Positions 35,848 to 45,094 of a stretch of DNA of 48,298 nucleotides are shown here, piece after piece. The translations under genes were made by a program, and so were the position numbers. Each line of letters begins with the position of its first letter. The stretch's first letter is position 1. Under the pieces are notes generated by a model. It ran no database searches. It was not told the DNA's origin and was given only the letters and a program-made list of their open reading frames with translations. Source of the DNA: a virus (Duplodnaviria > Caudoviricetes); IMG/VR virus record IMGVR_UViG_3300048611_000085, positions 1 through 48,298 of that record. One strand, given 5' to 3'.

Positions 35848-36937
35848 TAAAGTCACGGCTTGGTGCAAGCTCGATGAGGCGAGCGGCAATCGTGTGAACT
35901 TCCACACGACGGGGGCGAGCTACGACCTTCAGGACATCAACACCGTTACGTCTGATGAGGGGAAGATTGGGAACGCGGCGGTGTTTCTGAGGGCGAACCT
36001 TGAGCGGCTTTCCAACGCTAACGACGTCTACAAATGCGCTGACGATTTCGCCTTTCTGCTATGGGTCCATAATATCAACTCAGATGGAGCAGTGGAGACG
36101 AGAGCGATTGCCACAAAATTTGCTAGCCTCATATCAGACAGGGAGCTAGACTTTTACTCAGTTCCATCTGCCCCGAGTATAACGCTCAGGGTATCTACCA
36201 ACGACTCGGGGAGTTTGGGGCAGCTAGTAGTGAGCACTGTCGGCCTGCACTCGGACGCCGACCCCGGATGGGACTGCATCGCCTTTGGGCGGCGTACCTC
36301 TCCGTCAGATCAGCTTTGGATTCGCATAAATGACGCGGCTATACAAACTGCCAATGCCGCCGGCCCGGCATACACCGGAGGCACGTACCCATTCGTTTTA
36401 GGAGGTCGGCCCGGATCGGGCGCAACGAACTTTTTCACTGGCCGCCTCGATGAGTTCGTTTTCTGCGCCGCTGGCGTGGTCGAGGCCGACATTGACGAGT
36501 ATTGGAACGGCGGCGACGGCGTCTCCTACGAGGCCATCTTCGGAGGCGTGCCCGACGACCCGACGGGCCTTGCAGTCACGTCCACCAGCCCGACGACGGC
36601 GAATCTCTCGTGGAACGACGAGTCGGACGACGAGACAGGATTTATCGTCGAGCGGGGAACGGATGGGGTCAATTTCTCGGAGATCGAGACGACAGCGGCG
36701 GACGTTGAAACCTACACGGACACGGGGCTCACGAGCGGGGCGAGATACTACTACCGCGTGAAGGCGACGAACGCGAACGGGGATTCAGGATACACGGATG
36801 TAGTGTCAGTCGTGACGTTGTTCGGGCCGGTGACGAGTATGTTTGCTCAACAACGGGTAACGTCCACGTTTGCACAGCAGGAAGTCACGTCGACCTTCGC
36901 TCAAGAAGAAATCACCTCAGTATTCAGGAGACTTTGA
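35834..36937 (+). CDS. LamG/concanavalin-like plus FN3 virion protein
   Basis: WCKLDEASG, GKIGNA, FTGRLDE (LamG); PTGLAVT...YYYRVKATNANGDS (FN3). Confidence 0.8.
   Translation: MALADKVTAWCKLDEASGNRVNFHTTGASYDLQDINTVTSDEGKIGNAAVFLRANLERLSNANDVYKCADDFAFLLWVHNINSDGAVETRAIATKFASLISDRELDFYSVPSAPSITLRVSTNDSGSLGQLVVSTVGLHSDADPGWDCIAFGRRTSPSDQLWIRINDAAIQTANAAGPAYTGGTYPFVLGGRPGSGATNFFTGRLDEFVFCAAGVVEADIDEYWNGGDGVSYEAIFGGVPDDPTGLAVTSTSPTTANLSWNDESDDETGFIVERGTDGVNFSEIETTAADVETYTDTGLTSGARYYYRVKATNANGDSGYTDVVSVVTLFGPVTSMFAQQRVTSTFAQQEVTSTFAQEEITSVFRRL
36829..36925 (+). repeat. Degenerate 27-nt (9-aa) coding tandem repeat VTSxFAQxx, about 3.5 copies
   Basis: VTSMFAQQR VTSTFAQQE VTSTFAQEE ITSVF. Confidence 0.8.
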
Positions 36938-36938
36938 C

Positions 36939-37295
36939 ATGCCACAGCCTAAGAAAACACTGACGTTTTACCGGGGCACGACCGTGCGCTGGGAGGAGGA
37001 TTTGATCGCCATTGCGGGCGTCCCGCAGAACATAACCGCCGACGTGATTCAATTCACGGTCAAGCGGAAAATGAGCGATCCCGACGACGAGGCGATCATC
37101 AAGCCCGACGACGTGACGGTTGACGTGACGACGACGGCGAACAAGGCCACGTTTGAGATAAGCAAAACGGATTCGGACGTGCCTGAAGGTAACTACCCGG
37201 GCGAGGCAACGTGGATGGACGGAGACGACGAACACGTCCTGCGGCAGTATGACGTGACTTGTCTGGCCAGGGTCGAGGACGTACCTGGAAGCTGA
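36939..37295 (+). CDS. BppU-like/Ig-fold baseplate protein
   Basis: RGTT...NITA...FTVK...G.Y pattern. Confidence 0.55.
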   Translation: MPQPKKTLTFYRGTTVRWEEDLIAIAGVPQNITADVIQFTVKRKMSDPDDEAIIKPDDVTVDVTTTANKATFEISKTDSDVPEGNYPGEATWMDGDDEHVLRQYDVTCLARVEDVPGS

Positions 37296-37786
37296 TGGAC
37301 TTCTCCAAAGTCATACCCATCCTTACGATCCCTCTCGCAATCCTGATTGTGAAGATTATTGAGGTCATCAATCTGGTTCTGGAGGACTGGTTTCTATGGA
37401 TGCTGCTGTTCGTGTTGATCACGACTGACACAATCATTGGGGTCGTTCTGGCTCTGGCTAACGGTGAGTTCAAGTGGGAGACGCTGTTCAAAGGCTACGC
37501 GGTAAATATTGGCGTTTTCCTCATCGGCCTGATGATCCTTTCAGCAATAGCGGCGGGCTACCATGATCGTCCAGGTGCGGGTACGACAGCAACGTTTATA
37601 CGCGACTTCATGGGGCTGATTTCAAGCATGTACTTCGTGGGCAAAACGGTGTCGAAGCTTGGGAGGGAGGGGCGTACGTTTGTGAAATTCATGCTTCAGG
37701 TGTCTAAGCGGGCAGAGTTGGAGACTGAATCGGTAAAGCGGGCAGTAGAGGAGGCGAGCCAGCCAACGAACACGGACAACGAGTAA
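37295..37786 (+). CDS. holin-like membrane protein 1
   Basis: 3-4 TM segments; DTIIGV..A motif. Confidence 0.6.
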   Translation: MDFSKVIPILTIPLAILIVKIIEVINLVLEDWFLWMLLFVLITTDTIIGVVLALANGEFKWETLFKGYAVNIGVFLIGLMILSAIAAGYHDRPGAGTTATFIRDFMGLISSMYFVGKTVSKLGREGRTFVKFMLQVSKRAELETESVKRAVEEASQPTNTDNE

Positions 37787-37827
37787 ACAAAAGAGGGGTG
37801 CGCCCGCCCTCACGCAGAACGCACCCC
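37785..37827 (-). terminator. intrinsic terminator on the minus strand
   Basis: GGGGTGCG/CGCACCCC stem followed on the minus strand by TCTTTTGTTT. Confidence 0.55.
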
Positions 37828-37902
37828 ACAGGAAGTGATCTGAAGTACAACGCGTAATAGATGAACACTTTGGATCATCCTCGTGCGACAAATGGGTGAA
37901 CC

Positions 37903-38451
37903 ATGCAAACCAAGGAAGAAGTGCTTGACCACTACACGGAGATCCTTCGGGCTTTTCTCGAAAAGTTGCCCGTCGCCTCGATAGCGTGGGGCGTCGTGGC
38001 GGGCGTGGACTGGACGCTCAGCTACCTCCTGCAGTTTCAGGCCATTGAGGCGATTGTTACGCGATCGATGATGTTCATCACTATCGGCGTCGCGGTACTT
38101 TTTGATACCTACTTCGGCATCCGGTCCGCGCACCGGCGCGGGCATGACATCACGGTCGGGAAAGCGTTCTGGGGGATAGCGCGCAAGATGGGCGAGTACG
38201 CCGTGTTTATGACTATTGCTATATGGACTAGTTTGGCGGTGGATGGGGAACCGTACCTGGGAGAGATAACGAGGTTTGTGCGAGGCGTCGTATTTCTCGC
38301 AATCATTTTCGTAGAAGCTGAGTCGGCGGTCGGTCATGCGGGGATGAAGATTCAGCGAGTGTTCAGATACACGATAGAGCAGGTGATCCGCCGTTACGCA
38401 GGGACGACCACGATCAAGGATGATCCTGACAAACAACATCCAGGCGGTTGA
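37903..38451 (+). CDS. holin-like membrane protein 2 (phage holin 4-like)
   Basis: FDTYFGI..A, GIARKMGEY, EAES motifs; directly before the endolysin. Confidence 0.7.
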   Translation: MQTKEEVLDHYTEILRAFLEKLPVASIAWGVVAGVDWTLSYLLQFQAIEAIVTRSMMFITIGVAVLFDTYFGIRSAHRRGHDITVGKAFWGIARKMGEYAVFMTIAIWTSLAVDGEPYLGEITRFVRGVVFLAIIFVEAESAVGHAGMKIQRVFRYTIEQVIRRYAGTTTIKDDPDKQHPGG

Positions 38452-38454
38452 GAC

Positions 38455-38913
38455 ATGCACGTCGAGTACCTAGTCGTCCACACCGCCGATCACGGCGGAA
38501 TAGATCAGGAAACCGGCCAACCGTGGGAGCGCGACACGACTGCCGAAGAAATCGACCGTTGGCATAGAGAAGAACGCGGATGGAGCGAGATCGGGTACCA
38601 TGCAGTCGTTCGCTGGAGCGGACAGGTAGAGCCGGGTCGGGACGAGCGGAGGCAAGGGGCTCATGTGCTCGGGCTTAATAATCGTAGCCTTGGAGTGTGC
38701 TGTAGTGGCGCGGGTGATTATTTCGAACTGAAGCCCATGCAGATTCAGGGGCTACGGGCGATCCTGATGCAGTGGATGGATCGTTACCACGTCCCTGCCA
38801 TTCGCGTGATCGGGCACCGTGAGGCTAAAAACATTCCGGGCGTTCCCGATCCCGGCAAAACGTGTCCGGGCCTGATGGTCAACATGGACGAAATTAGGAG
38901 TATGCTGTCGTGA
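38455..38913 (+). CDS. endolysin, N-acetylmuramoyl-L-alanine amidase (Amidase_2, T7-lysozyme-like)
   Basis: LVVHTA, IDRWH..RGWSEIGYH, GAHV.G.N, GHRE, KTCPG. Confidence 0.93.
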   Translation: MHVEYLVVHTADHGGIDQETGQPWERDTTAEEIDRWHREERGWSEIGYHAVVRWSGQVEPGRDERRQGAHVLGLNNRSLGVCCSGAGDYFELKPMQIQGLRAILMQWMDRYHVPAIRVIGHREAKNIPGVPDPGKTCPGLMVNMDEIRSMLS

Positions 38914-39584
38914 CCAAGGCTATCCTCATCGCTCTCACGGTCGCAATCGTCGCGGCCTATGCCTACTGGTCACGAGCGGAGATCGACAGGCTCCGGCGCT
39001 CTGAGGCTCTTGCTCGGCAGAACACGAGCGCCTTGAGCGATACGCTACGCACGGTCGAGAATGAAAAGGGGGAAGTCGAGAGTGCCCGGCTCGTGCTTGT
39101 CGTGGAGCGCGACGATCTTGAACGCACGAACGCGGCGCTCTCGGGGCGGCTCAGTCGGATCAGTGGCAAACTGGAGGTCGCGCTTTCCGCGCTTGCGGAG
39201 GTGGAGAATAGGGACACTTTGATAGCACGGGTGGATACGGTCGTGATCGACTCCGTTTCGCGTTCCTTCTCGTGGACGTATGAACCGGTGTTGCCGGCAG
39301 GGAATCGCCTACTCGTGGAGGGCCGATCAGGATTCATATCAGACTCAGCATGGACGGAGATCACGCGGCATCTGGTAGCGGTTGATCTGGTCATGGCGGT
39401 CAGGGAGAGGGAGGATGGCTTACGGGAGGCTGTCGCGCATTCTACGTGGCCCGGACTGCGCGTGAATATCGAGGGGGCAATCCTCGAGCCTGATATGGTT
39501 CTTCCTCCTAAACGGAGATCCTGGACGCTACCGTTTGGAGTTGGATTCGCTCTCGGGGTCGTATTGTGGGAGGTGGCCCGTTGA
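38910..39584 (+). CDS. spanin-like protein
   Basis: N-terminal TM, coiled coil, beta region and hydrophobic C-terminus; follows the endolysin. Confidence 0.55.
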   Translation: MTKAILIALTVAIVAAYAYWSRAEIDRLRRSEALARQNTSALSDTLRTVENEKGEVESARLVLVVERDDLERTNAALSGRLSRISGKLEVALSALAEVENRDTLIARVDTVVIDSVSRSFSWTYEPVLPAGNRLLVEGRSGFISDSAWTEITRHLVAVDLVMAVREREDGLREAVAHSTWPGLRVNIEGAILEPDMVLPPKRRSWTLPFGVGFALGVVLWEVAR

Positions 39585-39587
39585 GTT

Positions 39588-39619
39588 TTCCCCCGGGTTC
39601 TGTTCCGTTTCCGGGGGAA
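39588..39619. terminator. stem-loop after the lysis cassette
   Basis: TTCCCCCGG / CCGGGGGAA perfect inverted repeat. Confidence 0.5.
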
Positions 39620-39932
39620 GGGGGATATGCGGACGGAGGGGGGAGGCTTCGGCCCTCTGTCCGTATGTGCCCCACTGAAAAAGAAAAGGGGAGCGCGGAC
39701 GATCCGATCCGGCTCCCCTCGGTCGTTCAGGAGGAACGACTCACTTCGAAGGAGGAAGTGATTGGTTCGAAGATACCCCATCTCTCCGTCTTTCGTCAAG
39801 AGAAACCTTTCCATAGCATATTCTCCCCGAGAATGGCCCTGAGAACGCGCAGGGCGGTCGATTCTCTATTAAGAGGATACTGATACGGCATATCGGACGA
39901 TCTCCACGCAGGGAGGAGATTTAACCACGACC

Positions 39933-39961
39933 TTGATCCATGGAATCGTTTAAGGTATTTT
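39933..39961 (+). promoter_or_regulatory. putative sigma70-type early promoter
   Basis: TTGATC-N17-TATTTT in an AT-rich stretch before the early gene run. Confidence 0.5.
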
Positions 39962-40000
39962 AAATCCCACAAACGATCACCAGACTTTGGCACTACCGCT

Positions 40001-40270
40001 ATGAAAAGGATGAGCACGCATTTCACGCCCGTTTCCGGGACCATCGAGATCGACGGAGTTCCTTTTGATTTCACCTGTGATGTGGAGTCAATCGGATACG
40101 ATCCTGGAACATGGAATTCACCCCCCGAATCATGGGGGGGAGAAATCGCCAATCTTCAGCTTTTCACGGAAGCCGGTTGCCGTTGGCTGAACCCTCCTGA
40201 TCCCGAAGATATTCCCGGGTTCGTGGAGCTTGCCCGCGAGCTTGCCGAACGGAAGCAGCCCCCCGTCTGA
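40001..40270 (+). CDS. hypothetical early protein
   Basis: YDPG...PPE.WGGE motif seen in small phage proteins. Confidence 0.65.
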   Translation: MKRMSTHFTPVSGTIEIDGVPFDFTCDVESIGYDPGTWNSPPESWGGEIANLQLFTEAGCRWLNPPDPEDIPGFVELARELAERKQPPV

Positions 40271-40316
40271 TTACGATCCAAGGTATCAGTAACCTTTCCA
40301 GAAGGAGGAAAGAACG

Positions 40317-40547
40317 ATGAGCGACCAAGTCAAGTACCCCGATTGCACCGTCCAACTCACAGGAAAGGACGGGAACGCCTTTTACGTTATGGGCCGAGTC
40401 AGGGAGGCCCTTCGGTGTCATTTAAAGGAGCAGGGGCTATCGAGGGAGGAGGTTGATTCTGAAGTGGCGGCTTATATCAAAGAAGCCACGTCAGGCGATT
40501 ACAACCATCTCCTCTCGACGACCATGCAATGGGTTGAGGTTCAGTAA
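40317..40547 (+). CDS. conserved small phage protein
   Basis: VQLTGKDGNAF...ATSGDYNHLL; strong SD. Confidence 0.8.
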   Translation: MSDQVKYPDCTVQLTGKDGNAFYVMGRVREALRCHLKEQGLSREEVDSEVAAYIKEATSGDYNHLLSTTMQWVEVQ

Positions 40548-40810
40548 TGAAAACGATCCAAGAAGTCGTAAATGATCCGGAGTGGCAGGCATTGCGCCTG
40601 TCGCTCCTTCGTCGTTGGAGGAACTTCCCGACCGAATGTCTGGAGGATCTTCGACAGTACGGTGGTGATCTGTCGGACCCCGATAAGGTTCGTCGCCTCC
40701 TCAACTATCTGACGGGTTCGGGATTCAGGACCGGCAAGATCAACTCCCCCGCTATCGAGGCCTATCGTGAGACGGTCCGGGAAGCATGGGGCACAATCAA
40801 GGGATCCTGA
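40547..40810 (+). CDS. hypothetical protein
   Basis: TAATG coupling. Confidence 0.7.
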   Translation: MKTIQEVVNDPEWQALRLSLLRRWRNFPTECLEDLRQYGGDLSDPDKVRRLLNYLTGSGFRTGKINSPAIEAYRETVREAWGTIKGS

Positions 40811-41019
40811 TGAAGAAGCACTACTGGGCCCAGAAAGGGCCGCAAGTTCTCCGATTCCATTCCCGAGAGGATCGGGACTTGTGGGTCTATGAGAACGAGA
40901 AATACGGGGGGAAGGCCGTAGGGGGCAATGATTCCATGCCGAGGAAGTTCAGGCGAGCGATGAAGCGATTCCCCGGCATCGCTCCCTACGTTGACATTGC
41001 GAGATTTCCATACAAATAA
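40810..41019 (+). CDS. hypothetical protein
   Basis: TGATG coupling. Confidence 0.6.
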   Translation: MKKHYWAQKGPQVLRFHSREDRDLWVYENEKYGGKAVGGNDSMPRKFRRAMKRFPGIAPYVDIARFPYK

Positions 41020-41033
41020 GAAGGAGAAGCGAA

Positions 41034-41275
41034 ATGAAAGCATCTGAGATCAAGAAAGGCAAGCACTACAAGGTGATCGACATTCAGGGGGGCGGGATCG
41101 TCCGCGTCCGGGGAACGGTCGAGATTCCGAACTTTCGTAGAGAAGGGTCGAAACGTGGCTCGACGTATGGGAGATTGAGGAGTACCCCTGCGCCATGACG
41201 GTGCATCCCTCCTCCCTCGAACGGGAAGCGACCGCCGCAGAAGTCAGGGTGGCAAAGACGCTGAACCCCCGATGA
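41034..41275 (+). pseudogene. small early gene split by a probable 1-nt deletion near 41151
   Basis: Strong SD and MKASEIKKGKHY start; adding one A continues the frame to a stop overlapping the MTase ATG. Confidence 0.5.
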
Positions 41276-41932
41276 GTACGATCCTTTCCCTTTGTGATTA
41301 TACGGGGGAACTGGGCTCGTCCTTACGTCGAGGCCGGATACAAGGTGATACTGGTCGACCCGAAGCACGAGCGGACGTCGAAGGACGGGTTCCTGACTCT
41401 CGGGATGACCGTACAGGACTTTCTGTATGATCTGCGATGGGGTGGGCTTCGAGATATGACCGGATCTGTCCGGGGTATTCTGATGGCCCCCCCTTGTACC
41501 CATTTCTCCGTTTCCGGAGCGCAGTACTGGAAGACCAAGGACGAGGACGGTCGTACGGCTGAGGCAATAGATATCGTGGACGCCTGCCTTACGGTCGTCG
41601 CGGACTTGAAGCCCGATTGGTGGTGTCTCGAAAACCCAGTCGGACGATTGCCCCGGCTCTATCCGATGCGCCTCGGTCGTCCCCTGATGTACTTCCATCC
41701 CTGCGAGTATGCGGGCTATGCTGATGATCCGGAGGGGGAAGCCTACACGAAGAAAACGGGACTATGGGGGTTCTTCAATACGATGCTGACAAAGGATGAG
41801 AGGACCCCGGTTCGTGTGTGCAGTCAAGGGTCGTGGATTCAACGACTCGGAGGGGCCAGCTATAGGACAAAGGAATTGCGATCGATAACACCCACCGGAT
41901 TCGCAAGGGCGTTTGCCAGAGCCAATCCATAG
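41272..41932 (+). CDS. DNA (cytosine-5) methyltransferase-like protein, frameshifted in a G5 run at 41304-41308
   Basis: MSTILSLCDYTG|NWARPY motif I; APPCTHFS, LENPVGRL, YTKKT.LWG, RSITP.GFA. Confidence 0.8.
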
Positions 41933-41945
41933 AAGGAGGAATGAG

Positions 41946-42152
41946 ATGATCTTGAACTACTACTACCTTCGCCTTCTTGACCAAGACGGGCACGTCATGT
42001 ATCTGCCCGGATGCTATCGAGGGAAAAGCCCGGAGGACGCCGCTCGACGCCTTTTCGACCGCTATGAGAAGTGCATGACGGTCGAGATCCTGGGAGAGGA
42101 CGATGATGATTTCGAGGAACCGATCAGGATCGAACGAGAAGGAGGAAACTGA
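41946..42152 (+). CDS. hypothetical protein
   Basis: GAAGGAGGA SD. Confidence 0.6.
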   Translation: MILNYYYLRLLDQDGHVMYLPGCYRGKSPEDAARRLFDRYEKCMTVEILGEDDDDFEEPIRIEREGGN

Positions 42153-42153
42153 A

Positions 42154-42381
42154 ATGGGATTTGTATTCGCAACTGGCCACTGTATCGTCTGCGGCAACCT
42201 GTTCACCTTCGCCCCTGATTTCGTCCCGTCTGTTCGGGTGAATGGGGAGAAGGAGCCTGTCTGCAAGTCGTGTGTTGAGAACGCCAATCCGATCAGGAAG
42301 AAAAACGGGCTGGAGCCGATCCGGGTCCATCCCAACGCTTACGAACCACAAGAAGAAGGAGGAATGGAATATGAGAACTGA
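42154..42381 (+). CDS. small zinc-finger protein
   Basis: CIVC...CKSC; strong SD. Confidence 0.7.
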   Translation: MGFVFATGHCIVCGNLFTFAPDFVPSVRVNGEKEPVCKSCVENANPIRKKNGLEPIRVHPNAYEPQEEGGMEYEN

Positions 42382-42739
42382 CAGATATGCACCAATCCCG
42401 GACGCGATCATTGAGGCGTTCAGGAATTACTCGCTCCACGGGAGGATTCCGGGAGGGTTCTGCTATGCGGTCCTCTCAAATGACCTGAGAGACGCCGTAG
42501 CTCGCGCAGACGGAGTGAACATTCGACTCCTTCCCGAGATCGTATGGTACTGCTATAACCATATCCCCTCGATGTCCTGGGGGAGCAAGAAGAAGGTGGC
42601 TGAATGGGCCAAGCACAAGGGGCTTCATGGACAGCATGGTCTACTCAAGGGCCTCTGCATTGACCGGGAGCTTGACCCCATGTACTGGGCCGATAAGGTT
42701 GCGATTTCGGCTCATATTGAGAAGGAGGCAGGACAATGA
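42371..42739 (+). CDS. conserved phage protein
   Basis: PGGF..AVLSNDL..AV.RAD...WGS. Confidence 0.75.
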   Translation: MRTDRYAPIPDAIIEAFRNYSLHGRIPGGFCYAVLSNDLRDAVARADGVNIRLLPEIVWYCYNHIPSMSWGSKKKVAEWAKHKGLHGQHGLLKGLCIDRELDPMYWADKVAISAHIEKEAGQ

Positions 42740-43017
42740 ATCCGAAAGCCATGCGCCCCCCCACCGTAGGGGACGCCTACATACTCAGAAGGACCAACGT
42801 TGAAGGGCCGGTAATCGTGAAGCACGTATTCACTGGCAGAGACGAGCGGATCTACGTTCATCACACACGAACCGAGAGGGATCCGGGGCTTAGTCAATGC
42901 ACCGCGGAAACCTTCAATCTTCTGTTCAGGAAGTGCAAGAAAGACCCCGTCGAAACAGAACGGGACTCCCTGCTCGAAGAACTCGACTATCACCGAAAAA
43001 TGGGGATCTACCTCTGA
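42736..43017 (+). CDS. hypothetical protein
   Basis: ATGA coupling, SD. Confidence 0.65.
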   Translation: MNPKAMRPPTVGDAYILRRTNVEGPVIVKHVFTGRDERIYVHHTRTERDPGLSQCTAETFNLLFRKCKKDPVETERDSLLEELDYHRKMGIYL

Positions 43018-43054
43018 TCCTCAATCACTCAAATACCCGAAGGAGGGTAGCATA

Positions 43055-44427
43055 ATGAAGACAGCAGAATCATGGTTCACAGTGGACCGGGACGGACTCG
43101 CAACGATGCTCGGAGGGAGGGATAAGGCTTTCGCCCTATTCGAACTCATACAGAACTCCTGGGACGAGGACGTAACCGAAGTCACGGTCGATATAAAGGG
43201 AGGGACGACCCCTGACCTTTCCTCGATCCAGATCATCGACGACAGCCCGGAGGGCTTCCGGGACATGACCCATGCCTACACGATGTTCGCCGGGAACAAC
43301 ACCAAGCGATTTGATCCCACCAAACGGGGCCGGTTCAGCGTCGGGGAGAAGTTGGTCCTCTCGATCTGCGAGGCGGCAACGATCAAGTCCACGAAGGGAA
43401 CGGTCGTATTCCAGAGCGACGGGAGGAGGGTCGAGAAGGACGATAAGACGGAGAAGGGGACGATCTTCACCGCCGTAATCAGGATAAGCGATGAGGAGCG
43501 CCGTGCCGTCGTTGAAGCCGCTCAACGACTCATTCCCCCCAAGGGAGTGCGAACGGTCGTCAATGGCGAGGAATTGCCGATGAGGACGCCGATCATGAAG
43601 ATCCGTGCTTCCATCCCAACTGTCGTTCAGAAGGGTGAGCAGATGATCTCGACCACGCGCCGGGGATACGTCGAACTCTACGATCTCAAGGAAGGAGAGA
43701 AGCCGTGGATCTATGAAATGGGAATCCCGGTCGTGGAGATCGATCACGACTTCCATATCAACGTGCTCCAGAAGGTGCCGCTGAATATGGATCGCGACAA
43801 CATCACCCCCGCCTACCGCAAGATCCTGAACGTCACTGTCCTGAATCACTGCTTCGAAATGATCGAGGAGAAGGAGCAGGCGTCGGGAAACTGGGTCCGG
43901 GAGGCGATGGGTCATCCCAAGGTTTCCGCAGGGGCTTTCCGTCATATCCAGACGATCCGATTCGGGGAGAAGGTGGTGCTGTTCGATTCCGCCGATAGGG
44001 AGGCCAACGCCAAGGCGGTCCACGAGGGATACATGATCGTCAACGGAGCACATATGACGAAAGAGGAATGGGCGAACGCCAAGAAGCACGCCCCGATCCA
44101 GGTTGCCGGAAAGGTGACGCCATCGAATTCCGTCATTGAGGAGATCGTCAGCGAGCAGGGATCCGAGATCAAGGAAAAGGACTGGACGGAGGGAATGCGA
44201 GCCGTGGCTGAGTTCTCCCGCGCCTTCTGCAATAGGATCTACGGGTTCGTTCCGAAGGTGAGGATGATCCACCAGACGGACACGGCGGTCCTCGCCACCT
44301 ACTGGCGCATGAGATCGAAAGCAACCATCTGTCGAGAACCTACAACGACGAGTGCACCCGTCTTGGTGGGCGAGCGGTCGAGCTTGCGATCTCGATCCCG
44401 GAGCTATTCACGGATTTCCTGAACTGA
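43055..44427 (+). CDS. GHKL (HATPase_c) ATPase; C-terminus disrupted near 44302 (ends at 44422 as read)
   Basis: ELIQNSWD, DDSPEGF, RGRFSVGEK, KGT motifs. Confidence 0.8.
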
Positions 44428-44452
44428 GAAATCCAACGGCTGATGAAAATCA

Positions 44453-44473
44453 GGGAGGGGGCTTCCCCCTCCC
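44453..44473. terminator. GC-rich hairpin
   Basis: GGGAGGGGG-CTT-CCCCCTCCC; no U tract. Confidence 0.4.
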
Positions 44474-44488
44474 GTAACCAACGGAATA

Positions 44489-45094
44489 ATGGATTCAATG
44501 AAACTCATAACGAGAGATGATATCGTCGAGGAAATACAGCGGGTCGTTTCGGCTTCAGAAGCGGCAAGCTTGGGGATGGGGACGATAATGTTCATTGAGG
44601 GGATTCGAGATCTCCACCGTGATTTAGATCGTCATCTTGATATCACGAAGAGGGGGGTTGTCACGGTCCTGAAAACATCCGAGGACGACCTTGCCCAAGA
44701 ACTGGGCCAATCCTTTATCGAGGGCCTTGTTGCTGGCGAGGGGCGATACTCTAACAGGGTTATACTCATGGCTCTCTATTCGATCACCGCGTACGTGTTC
44801 TCCGAGTTGTTCACAGAAGAACTCCATGCGTCGGATCAGGCGGTTGCGGACTCGAACAGCATCCTTGCATCGAGCTACATCTGGACGATCGAGGTTATCC
44901 TGTCGGGACTTCTCGACCGGTCGCTGTCCTTCAATAACCTCGCATCGATCCTGAAGCGAGCCAATATCACCATAACAGGAGCGACCGATGAACCCGGCAC
45001 AACGAACGATTCAAGTCTGGATAACGAGACAGGAAGCCGTTCACGTGATGCTTCTGATCCGTCAGAGGATCCGGAAGATGCTTCGTCAGATTGA
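44489..45094 (+). CDS. hypothetical protein
   Basis: 201-aa helical ORF with acidic tail. Confidence 0.6.
   Translation: MDSMKLITRDDIVEEIQRVVSASEAASLGMGTIMFIEGIRDLHRDLDRHLDITKRGVVTVLKTSEDDLAQELGQSFIEGLVAGEGRYSNRVILMALYSITAYVFSELFTEELHASDQAVADSNSILASSYIWTIEVILSGLLDRSLSFNNLASILKRANITITGATDEPGTTNDSSLDNETGSRSRDASDPSEDPEDASSD

Noticed and set aside
33920-36810. Two FN3 domains as a DGR template/variable repeat pair
   Set aside because: Similarity is only at protein level, there is no adenine-specific near-identical repeat, and no reverse transcriptase is present
43136-44272. 378-aa minus-strand ORF (and similar long antisense ORFs at 16198-17079, 38963-39814, 7471-8223)
   Set aside because: Shadows of well-supported + strand genes in GC-rich DNA; no motifs or SD
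44431-44490. Possible hammerhead ribozyme (CTGATGA followed by a hairpin)
   Set aside because: The hairpin is followed by GTAA rather than GAAA, six extra nt precede stem II, and I found no stems I/III
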